DNA of 64,000 nucleotides, from the NCBI RefSeq assembly GCF_006345805.1, contig NC_043008.1:19282001-19346000 (forward strand). Reading direction: 5' to 3'. Below are positions 24,823 through 36,070 of this stretch, in pieces. How positions within the stretch are numbered: the first letter of the stretch is position 1; each line of letters starts with the position of its first letter. The translations under genes and the position numbers were made by a program. The stretch is from Octopus sinensis (taxonomy: Eukaryota). The notes beneath the pieces were generated by a model, which searched no databases, had not been told where the DNA came from, and saw nothing but the letters and a program-made list of their open reading frames with translations.

Positions 24823-26160
24823 ATTTTTATTTTTACTTAGTTAAGCTTATTCCGTCGAGGTCGACTTTGCCTTTCATCCTTTTGGGGTCAATAAATAAAG
24901 TACCAGTTTCCCACTGGGGTTGATGTAATCGACTTAATCCCTTTGTCTGTCCTTGTTTAGCATCTTGTGGGCAGTAAAGAAATATATTTTTACTTAGTTA
25001 AGCTGGCCTTGTGCTTAGTGCAGCAAAATTATGGTAGTTAACCCATTAAGCGCCCCCGGTCCTTTTTGTTTAGGACCAGAAGGATAATCCATCATATTTC
25101 TGCAATGCCTGTATTTTTCTGAAATATCTTTAGTTAGTCATTAAGATTCGAGTGTCTTTCAAATATTTTAACGAAAATGTTTTTTTATGTATTTAGTATC
25201 ATAAAGTTGTATAAAAAAATATTTTTGGTAATAAATCAAATAAAAAAAATTGGGGCACTAATTGGTTAAGACAATCCCTCATCTCCTTTCTACTTCTAAA
25301 AGCTATGTGAAGGTCGTGGATTCTAGCTTCCTGCCTCACTAAAAGATAGGAAATTGTGCTTCTCAACATGGCAGATAAATAGCAGGGTGGGGTGTGAAGA
25401 GGCTGGTTGGCATAGCTGTAGTTTGATGGTTTCCTTACTTACAATTTATTTCCTCATAAATCTTTGAAAAAATGAAAAGCATATTTCATGTTGCCAAGGG
25501 TGTCGATGGCAATTAGATTTTATCTTTTACTTGTTTCACTCATTAGACTCTGGTCATGCTTTTCATTCTTGGGCGCCATCTGAAAGGGTTTTAGTCAAGC
25601 AATTTGACCCAAATACTTCTTTTTCTAAATGTGGTACTTAGGCTTAGAGTATATGTATATGTGTATATGTATATGAATGTATGTGTGTGTATATGTATGT
25701 ATGTGTGTATACATGTATATATGTATGTGTGTATATATATGTTTGTGTGTATATGTATATGCATGTGTATATATATATATATGTACATATACTTATGTAT
25801 GTTTATATGTTTGTGTGTGTATATATGTGTGTATTTATATATGTAAATATCGTGCCGGTGGCACGTAAAAACCACCATCTGATTGTGGCCGTTTGCCAGC
25901 CTTGTCTGGCACGTAAAAAGCACCCACTACACTCACGGAGTGGTTGGCGTCAGGTAGGGCATCCAGCTGTAGAAACACTGCCAGATCAGACTGGGCCTGG
26001 TGCAGCCTTCTGGCTTCCCAGACCCCAGTTGAACCGTTAAACGACGTTAGACGATATGATGATGTGTGTGTTTATGTATACATGTGTTTGTGTATATATA
26101 TGTATATATAAGTGTGTGTGTATATATATATATGTATATATTTGTGTTTTTATATGTATG

Positions 26161-26227
<67 letters not shown>

Positions 26228-27019
26228 GTGTGCGTGTGTCTTTGTGTTTATATTATCCCTCACCCCATTCACCATTTGATAACCAGTGTTAGTGTGTTTA
26301 TGTCCCCGTATCCTAGCAGATCAGCAAAAGAGACTGGCAGACTAAAAAAAAAGTATGACCATATTTATAGACATATATTTATACAATTGGATTCTCTCAG
26401 TTTCCCTGTACCGAATCCACTAGCAACGCTTTTTTCAATCTGGGTCTACAGTAGGAGACACTTGGGCAAGGTACCATCCTGTGGAATTGAACCTGAAACT
26501 CTGTGGTTGGGAAGCAAACTTCTCAACATTCAGCAATACCTCCAGATAACAGTTAAAGTAATTAAACAAATAATATATTAATTAATATGTGGACACACAC
26601 ACACAGAGGCGACGTAAAAACCTTGCCAAAACTGACCATGCTTGTGTCACAAAAAGAGCACTAAGTTCATTCTGCAGGGTGGTTGGTGTTAGGAAGGGCA
26701 TCCAGCTGTAAAAATCTTGCAGAAAGCAGTTAGAGAAGTCTGGTGCAGGCTTCTGCTTGGCTGGGTCTTGTCAAAGCATCCCACCCATACCAGCATAGAC
26801 GGCGGATGTTAAATGATGATGAATGATACACATACACACGCACAAAGACTTTTTTTTACACAATGACAAAACGATTTATTGGTGCCACAAACAAACAAAG
26901 CATGTTTAGTATTTTAAGTGGGACAATGACACAATAAAAAAAAAGAGACATGAAGTTTTTATGTCACCATTTTTTCTGAGATTTGTTTAGAGCATCAAGG
27001 ATTTACCATTGTTAAAAAA

Positions 27020-28133
27020 TAGAATTGATGTTATTGCTAGAATAAGAATAGCCTGGGCAAAGTTCAGAGACCTTTTGCCTCTGCTGGTGACAAAGGGCCT
27101 CTCGCTCAGAGTAAAAGGCAGACTGTATGACGCATGTGTATGAACAGCCATGCTACATGGCAGTGAAACATGGGCCCTGACTGCTGAGGACATGCGTAAG
27201 CTTGCAAGGAATGAAGCCAGTATGATCCGGTGGATGTGTAATGTCAGTGTGCATACTCGACAGAGTGTTAGTACCTTGAGAGAAAAGTTGGACCTGAGAA
27301 GCATTAGATGTGGTGTGCAAGAGAGTCGACTGCGCTGGTATGGTCATGTGGCGAGAATGGATGTGGATAGCTGTGTGAAAAAGTGCCACACCCTAGCGGT
27401 TGAGGGAATCTGTGGAAGAGGTAGACCCAGGAAGACCTGGGATGAGGTGGTGAAGCATGACCTTCGAACATTGGGTCTCACCAAGGCAATGACTAGTGAC
27501 CGGGACCTTTGGAAATGTGCTGTGCTTGAGAAGACTCAGCAAGCTCTAGTGAGACCATAACCTTGTGACCTATGCCAGGGGGTGTAACCAGCCCACTTAT
27601 GCATACCTTTCCTTCATTGGGCACTAAACTCTGCTTGCAAAGACCTGTTGAGGCAAAGGAAATCAAATTCGATGACTGGCATCCGTGCTAGTGGAGTGCT
27701 AAGAGTACCATACAAGCGTGATTGTTGCCTGAGCAGCAAGCTGGCCTCCATGCTGGTGGCACGTAAAAAACACCATTTGAGCGTGATCGTTACCTGCGTT
27801 GCCTTACTGGCACTTGTGCTGGTGGCACGTGAAAAAACATTCGAGCGAGGTCGTTGCCAATGCCACTGGACTGGCTCTTGTGCAGGTGGCACATAAAAAG
27901 CACCATTTGAGCATGGCCATTGCCAGTACCGCCTGAATGGCCCTCATGCTGGTGGCACGTAAAAGCACCCACTACACTCTCGGAGTGGTTGGCATTAGGA
28001 AGGGCATCCAGCTGTAGAAACTCTGCCAGATCAGATTGGAGTCTGGTGCAGCCATCTGGTTCGCCAGACCTCAGTCAGATCGTCCAACCCATGCTAGCAT
28101 GGAAAGCGGATGTTAAACGATGGTGATAATGAT
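27020..28133 (+). mobile_element. 5'-truncated RTE LINE: RT C-terminus plus ~570-nt 3' UTR (source of family C)
   Basis: ARIRIAWAKFRDLLPLL..LYDACV*TAMLHGSETW...RLRWYGHVARM...RGRPRKTWDEVV (ORF 27150-27560); UTR ends aacccatgctagcatggaaagcggatgttaaacGATGGTGAT. Confidence 0.92.
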
Positions 28134-28469
28134 TATATTAAAATTCACTGACATAAATTGCTTCACTGTTATTTAAAATGTAGAACAATATTAATCTCAT
28201 TATCTTTATCATTTAACATCTGCTTTTCCATGCTTGTGTGGGTCAGATGGAATTGTATTTAAGGCAGATTTTCTATGGTTGGATGCCTTTCCTATTGACA
28301 AACCTTCAACTGTTTCCAAGCAAGGTAATATTTTCCCATGGTTAAACATGGTTTTTTCATGGAAGAAATGATGTTGCATATTTACAACAATTGCACTATG
28401 TCTAGAAACGAGCATACACAAGTAGAAGTACATACACATGCATACATTTGTATATATATATTATATATA

Positions 28470-29133
28470 TATATATATATATAATAAAAATATGTGACTT
28501 GGTGACCCTGCCAGTGCTGGTGGTATATAAAAAACATCCAGTCCACATTGTAAAGTGGTTGGTATTTGGAAGGGCATCCAGGTACAAAAACCATGCCAAA
28601 ACTGACCTCACTTGTACTGGTGCCATGTGAAAAGTACTCACTCCACTCTGCAATGTGGTTGATGTTAAGAAGGGCATCCAGCCATCAAAAACCATGCCAA
28701 AACAGACACTGAAGCCTGGTGCAGTCTTCTGCTTAGCCAGTTCCTGTCCAAACTGCCCAACCCATGCCAACTAAGAAAGTGGACATTAAATGATGTTTAT
28801 ATATATATATATATATATATAATAAATAAAAATATTGACTTGGTGACCCTGCCAGTGCTGGTGGTATAAAAAAAACATCCAGTCCACATTGTAAAGTGGT
28901 TGGTATTTGAAGGGCATCCAGGTACAAAAACCATGCCAAAACTGACCTCACTTGTACTGGTGCCATGTGAAAAGTACTCACTCCACTCTGCAATGTGGTT
29001 GATGTTAAGAAGGGCATCCAGCCATCAAAAACCATGCCAAAACAGACACTGAAGCCTGGTGCAGTCTTCTGCTTAGCCAGTTCCTGTCAAACTGCCCAAC
29101 CCATGCCAACTAAGAAAGTGGACATTAAATGAT

Positions 29134-29175
<42 letters not shown>

Positions 29176-29825
29176 GTGACTTGGTGACCCTGCCAGTGCT
29201 GGTGGTATAAAAAAAACATCCAGTCCACATTGTAAAGTGGTTGGTATTTGGAAGGGCATCCAGGTACAAAAACCATGCCAAAACTGACCTCACTTGTACT
29301 GGTGCCATGTGAAAAGTACTCACTCCACTCTGCAATGTGGTTGATGTTAAGAAGGGCATCCAGCCATCAAAAACCATGCCAAAACAGACACTGAAGCCTG
29401 GTGCAGTCTTCTGCTTAGCCAGTTCCTGTCAAACTGCCCAACCATGCCAACTAAGAAAGTGGACATTAAATGATGTTTATATATATATAATATATATATA
29501 TAAATAAAAATATGTGACTTGGTGACCCTGCCAGTGCTGGTGGTATAAAAAAAACATCCAGTCCACATTGTAAGTGGTTGGTATTTGGAAGGGCATCCAG
29601 GTACAAAAACCATGCCAAAACTGACCTCACTTGTACTGGTGCCATGTGAAAAGTACTCACTCCACTCTGCAATGTGGTTGATGTTAAGAAGGGCATCCAG
29701 CCATCAAAAACCATGCCAAAACAGACACTGAAGCCTGGTGCAGTCTTCTGCTTAGCCAGTTCCTGTCAAACTGCCCAACCCATGCCAACTAAGAAAGTGG
29801 ACATTAAATGATGTTTATATATATA
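28470..29825 (+). repeat. Four tandem ~340-bp units ((TA)n plus family C-like fragment)
   Basis: ggtgaccctgccagtgctgg at 28501, 28842, 29183, 29521. Confidence 0.92.
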
Positions 29826-29878
29826 TGTAGCCAGTACCGCAATGACTGGCCTCCGTGCTGAGGGCACGTAACAAACAC

Positions 29879-30360
29879 CATCCGAGCGTGGCCGTCCGCC
29901 AGCCTCGTCTAGCACCTGTGTCGGTGACACATAAGAAAACACCATCCGAGCGTGGCCGTCTGCCAGCCTCGTCTGGCACTGTGTCGGTGGCACATAAAAA
30001 ACACCATCCGAGCGTGGCCGTCTGCCAGCCTCGTCTGGCACCTGTGTCGGTGGCACATAAAAAACACCATCCGAGCGTGGCCGTCTGCCAGCCTCGTCTG
30101 GCACCTGTGTCGGTGGCACATAAAAAACACCATCCGAGCGTGGCCGTCTGCCAGCCTCGTCTGGCACCTGTGTCGGTGGCACATAAAATCACCCACTACA
30201 CTCTCGGAGTGGTTGGCGTTAGGAAGGGCATCCAGCTGTAGAAACACTGCCACATCTGACTGGCCTGGTGCAGCCTTCGGGCTTCCCAGACCCCAGTTGA
30301 ACCGTCCAACCCATGCTAGCATGGAAAGCGGACGTTAAACGATGATGATGATGATGATGA
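29879..30360 (+). repeat. Family C copy with five 62-64-bp tandem units and (GAT)n tail
   Basis: catccgagcgtggccgt at 29879, 29943, 30005, 30068, 30131. Confidence 0.92.
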
Positions 30361-30781
30361 TATATATAAGAATTTTTTGCGTAATAAGATAAAAAACCAA
30401 GGCTGTATAGATATTAGAGCATTTATAGATAGAATGTCTTATTATTAATAATATCCCTTCATCGGAGACGGTGTGAGAGGATAGTTAAGTCATACTTAGT
30501 TTAGATGTGATACAAAATAGAGAGTGAGGTGGAGGAAAGAAAATAGATGTAAGATATGTATGGGTATTGAAGTTGTAAATCCATTTTATAGGCATAATGG
30601 TATATATGCAATATTCCAATATCCTATGAGTAAAGTCCAAAAGTCCAACAGAGTTTAATATGAGTCCTTCCAAATATAGAGTTTATAAGCAATGTAAGAT
30701 TCCCTTATGAGTGAGATCCAGCAGATTTTTAAACTTGGTCATTCCCAGTAGAGAATTTATATATATATATACACACACACA

Positions 30782-31300
30782 CAGAGGGTGTGGTGAATAT
30801 ATTGTCATCTAAATTACGCAAAAATGGAAATGCCACTGACATCTCATTTTAACATACATTTACCAAAATTACATAATATCTTGAAATACTAAAGAGTAAA
30901 TTTATTCATTAAAATCGCCATTGGCGTTAATCTTGGCCTCCAGACGACTTCAGAATTCCCTGCAACTGTTCTAGATGGTCTCGTTGTTTAAGTTGGTAAA
31001 TGCTGCCATAATCCTTGCCTTCAGTTCATCTTTGGTGTTACAAGGAGTTTTATTGGTGTCTCGCTCAACTGCGCCCCACACATAATAATTAAGGGAGTTG
31101 CAGTCTGGGGAGTCAAGTGCCAGATGTTAAGGGTGATGTGGTTGCAGAAATTGTCTGACAACCATGACTGGGTTCTCCTGCTTTTGTGGCATGGTGCAGA
31201 GTTTTGTTGCCAGGCATAGGGTCTTCCAGCAGCCACCCTTTTGAATGGAGGCATCATAACGTTGCCATCACTAGTAAACAAGTGCCACTAAGAAACTATA
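30782..31300 (-). mobile_element. Decayed Tc1/mariner (DD37D/maT-like) transposase C-terminus and terminus
   Basis: RVAAGRPYAWQQNSAPCHKSRRTQSWLS, then after a frameshift PDCNSLNYYVWGAVERDTNKTPCNTKDELKARIMAAF; terminus near ta|cagagggtgtgg at ~30782. Confidence 0.85.
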
Positions 31301-31581
31301 AATATCATGTAGGGAGTAACAATAATAACTTCTTAAACCTATAATATAACCCTTAGTTTTTTTTAAAAAAGATTATCTTTTACTCTTTTACTTGTTTCGG
31401 TCATTTGACTGCAGCCATGCTCGAGCACTACCTTTAGTCGAGCAAATTGACCACAGGACTTATTCTTTGTAAACCTAGTACTTATTCTATTGGTCTCTTT
31501 TGCTGAACCGCTAAGTTACGGGGACACAAACACACCAGCATCGGTTGTCAAGCAATGCTAGGGGAACAAACACAGACACAC

Positions 31582-31657
<76 letters not shown>

Positions 31658-31838
31658 TCTCTTTTACTTGTTTCAGTTATTTGACTGTGGCCATGCTGGA
31701 GCACCACCTTTCGTCGAACAAATCGACCCCAGGACTTATTCTATCGGCCTCTTTGCCGACCCACTAAGTTACGGGAGCGTAAACACACCAGCATCAGTTG
31801 TCAAACGATGTTGGGGGGACAGACACAGACACACAAAT

Positions 31839-31881
<43 letters not shown>

Positions 31882-33114
31882 ATATACGACAGGCTTCTTT
31901 CAGTTTCCGTCTACCAAATCCACTCATAAGGCTTTGGTCGGGCCTGAGGCTATAGTAGAAGACACTTGTCCATGGTGCACACAGGGGACTGAACCCGGAA
32001 CCATGTGGTTGGTAAGCAAGCTACCCATAACTTAAATATTCCTTTAGCTGATACCGGACACCAGTCTTTTATTGATATTAGCTGAATAAGTAAATATATA
32101 ATTTTTAGTCTAATATATTTTGAATTATACTTTTTCTAAAAATCTTCTCTATCGGTATTAATAAGCTACATATTCTTCACCATAGTATTAGTAATTGAGC
32201 TATTTTATTTCCTTTTCTATGGTGTTCTGCCCTACTTGATTATTTTATTTTATTTCTTTATTATTTTATAATTAGCCTTTATTTATTTATAAAATTAATC
32301 AAATTTTTGTATCTATATAATTTCATAATTAGCTTCTATAAAACTATGCTGGTATGTTCACTACTTATAAAAAAAATACTGCCTAGATTATAATTTTATT
32401 AATATATAATTAGCTTGTTCCTTTACGTCAATTCTCTTTATTAATACCAGTATATACCATTTAATCAATATTCCCAGATACCATCTGGTGAGCTAATATT
32501 TAAATGTAGAATATGTATAAATATTAAACTATTTTTGAATAATTTTTTTCCTCCGTCTATTGTGGTAAAAGTTTGGTATATACTCAAAAGTATTCATAAA
32601 TTTCTATCCTTTTGTTATAATATTCTTCTTAATAATCCTTTGAATAACCCTAAACTTTAACTGTATACAATATAGCAACATTGTTTAAAATATTTCATTA
32701 TCAATGGTCTGCTAGTGGGTGACCCCCTTAATTGTCAGCTAACATCTTGTTCTAAGTTTTCCTTTACCAAACCTCATGATATTGCTTCTAATAAATCTTG
32801 ATTTTTATGACAATACCAACTATGATGTCTGTCTGCTCCCTCAGCCCTACCCCTAACAGATACTGCCCTCTGTTCTCTCAGCCTTAGATATACAAGGGTT
32901 TTGATAAACTAGTCTATAAATTAAAACTGAACCCATAAAAACAAACAAACAAAAAAACCACCTGTCAGGCAGTCTATAACAATGTATATCTTCTTGAAAA
33001 GCTTAGTAACTTCTATGCTGGAGTAGAACAGCATGTTCTTTGTCTATTGGTGATTTTAGGTATAATTATACTAACATGTCCATCTGTTCTAATTTAATTA
33101 AATTATGTGTCTTT

Positions 33115-33203
33115 GTGCAGCTGAGGATTGCTCTGCATTTTAAATTGATGTAATGACTGCATTGTTCAATTAAATGGAATTGCATGAAATGATTGTACTG
33201 CAT
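33115..33203 (+). ncRNA. Type-I hammerhead ribozyme motif (Penelope-like), sense strand of intron 1
   Basis: Stem I GTGCAG/CTGCAT; core CTGAGGA 33121-33127; extended stem II; GAAA 33186-33189; GTA cleavage triplet ending 33197. Activity unknown. Confidence 0.65.
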
Positions 33204-33229
33204 TGCCTCTGGATATCCTTGTTGCTTAA

Positions 33230-33526
33230 TTTGACATATATATATATATGTGTGAGTGTGTGTATGTATGTATATATGTATATATATATGTGTATATATA
33301 TATATATGTATGTATTTGTATGTATATATATGTATGCATATGTGTATGTATGTATGCATATATGTATGTGTACATGTATGTATATATATATGTATGTGTT
33401 TATGTATGTATGCATTTATGTATATATATGTATGTGTATATGTATGCATATATGTATGTGTACATATATGTATATATATGTGTATGTATGCATATATGTA
33501 TGTATGTATGTATGTGTATATGTATG

Positions 33527-33557
<31 letters not shown>

Positions 33558-33670
33558 ATGTGTGTATATATATATATATTTGTATGAATGTATGTGTGTA
33601 TATATATATATATATTTGTATGAATGTATGTATTTATGTATGTACATGTATATATGTATGTATATCTCTT
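33230..33670. repeat. Compound (TA)n/(TG)n/(TATG)n microsatellite
   Basis: Directly visible; similar tracts at ~25625-25850, 26060-26230, 62180-62640. Confidence 0.95.
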
Positions 33671-35445
33671 AGTTTATGTAACTTCTCTCCCCCTCCCCCC
33701 AACAGGGAAATGCACCGATATCAAAAGTTTATTGTGTCCTGGACTTGAAACAAACAACAACATTCACTTTTCAATTGCTACCAGCATGAAGATTTGGCTG
33801 ATTTAACACCACTCACAATACTAGCATATATACGCACACACATATATATATATATATATCTGAAAAAGAGTATTATTCTGTTTATTATGACAAAATTCAG
33901 AAACTTGGCAAAGTAGAATGCCTCGGCAGCTCTCTCAGTGTAATTGCAGAAATGTTATTCCCCTCCTATCTAGTTTCCAGATGATATTTTTATAACAGTC
34001 CTCGTTTTCATCACCGTTGGTATCAATGTCACGTTATTCCATATTTATTCGACAGCCTATAATGTTACACAGTTCAAAAACAGCATCTTCCTTTTAATTC
34101 GCTTTGTTCAGCATTCGTTTCAGAATTGTAAAATAAATTATTTTTGCTTGCAAAATTGAATTATGCCTTCTGAATTTTCTTGGACTCTCATTTTCTTCAC
34201 CACGACCTTCATTCAATCGTGAATTTTATAGCATTTAGTACATGTTCCAAATAAATGTCGACTTTCTGTACTCCCTTACACTGGTAACGCATACTAACCT
34301 GCTATATTGGTGACTTTCCATCTCTCTTATAGCATAACTGTGCTACAGGAAGTATGTTTTACATCTATGTTGACTACATTCTGTTTCGCTTGAACTTCGT
34401 GTATGTTTTGCTATTTTCAGCATTATTGATTCTATGAGTGTGTATGTGTGTGTTTCTGCGTTTGTTACGTTTATAATAATAGGAGCACTCCGTCGGTTAC
34501 GACGACGAGGGTCCCAGCTGATACGATCAATGGAACAGCTTGCTTGTGAAATTAACGTGCAAGTGACTGAGCAATCCACAGGCACACGTACCCCTAACGT
34601 AGTTCTCAGGGAAATTCAGCGTGACACAGAGTGTGAAAAGGCCGGCCCTTTGAAATACAAGTACGACTCATTTTTGCCAGCTGAATGGACTTGGAGCAAC
34701 GTGAAATAAAGTGTCTTGCTCAAGGACACAACGCATCGTCAGGAATTGAACTCTACAATCGTGAGCCGAATGCCCTAACCACTAAGCCACATGCCTTCAC
34801 TACGTTTATAGTAAACTATAGTAAAGAACATTTTATGCCGTTTTAATGAGCCCACATTACTTAAGGAAGTAGCCATCCTTGGTTGGTGATCCCATTGAAA
34901 ATCATGATACTCTCATTTGTGTTCAAGATAACAGCCTTAGACATGTTTTACATAACTCATCCCTCTTATAGTGCTCTCCTGCATAATCTAATTCTGTGGA
35001 ATGGACAAGATGGGTATTATTTCAATATTCCTCGGATTGAACCTGCAACAGGAGAGCCAGTTAGAAACATAAAAGGTTCTTACCAGCTGATGTTAAGACC
35101 AGAACAATCAAATCCTTTCCACTATAGGCACAAGGCCTGTATCACTTTCGTCTGATGTTTCACACATTCGTAGAATTCTACTCAGACAAACATTTATGAA
35201 GATGTACGCATAAATATTGTATTAAAATAAGCCACAACCAAAAAAAATATCATTAAAAGACATCCATTTTTCTATATTTTATGAAGAAATACAGTCTTTC
35301 TCTTTCATGCACGGAAAAGATGTATGCATATGTATTTATGGGCGAGGGTCAAGAATATGCACTCCCAGCAAAAGAACTGAATTTAATTCTATGAATAATT
35401 GTAAATTGTGTTTTGCAAGCCTGGAGTTTTTGTAATAAACTTCAA

Positions 35446-36070
35446 CCCTTTAGCATTTAGACTGGCCACATCCAGCTCAGACATTCCACCTGTTTTGTGT
35501 GCAAACCAGCTAGATCTGGCTTCTCACACCTACCCTACAATGTCATTCTAAAAGTAAACAAGCACATTGTATAGGCGCAGGAGTGGCTGTGTGGTAAGTA
35601 GCTTGCTTACCAACCACATGGTTCCAGGTTCATTCCCACTGCGTGGCACCTTGGGCTAGTGTCTTCTACTATAGCCTCGGGCCGACCAAAGCCTTGTGAG
35701 TGTATTTGGCTGACGGAAACTGAAAGAAGCCCATCGTATATATGTATATATGTGTGTGTTGTGTTTGTGTTTGTCCCCCCAACATCGCTTGACAACCGAT
35801 GCTAATGTGTTTACGTCCCCGTAACTTAGCGGTTCAGCAAAAAGGACCGATAGAATAAGTTCTAGGCTTACAAAGAATAAGTCCTGGGGTCGATTTGCTC
35901 GACTAAAGGCGGTGCTCCAGCATGGCCACAGTCAAATGACTGAAACAAGTAAAAGAGTAAATCACATTTTCAGAATCTCAAGGCTATGAGATAATGCATG
36001 ATTTAATTCAAAGCAATGTGAATGAATGAATAATTATTACATTTGACAGAATAATTTGAGTGCTAAAGGG
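35446..36070. mobile_element. piggyBac-like MITE (CCCTTTAGCA TIRs) interrupted by a family B SINE
   Basis: tcaa|CCCTTTAGCATT ... GTGCTAAAGGG|ttaa; SINE at 35571-35960; related pieces at ~18780-18860 and 45830-46205. Confidence 0.75.

Noticed and set aside
29879-30190. CRISPR-like regular repeats (also 28470-29825, 56297-56660)
   Set aside because: No unique spacers, eukaryotic context and no cas genes; these are tandem repeats.
32050-32700. Very AT-rich stretch as a LINE RT remnant (also ~30480-30760)
   Set aside because: No recognisable motif survives in any frame by eye.
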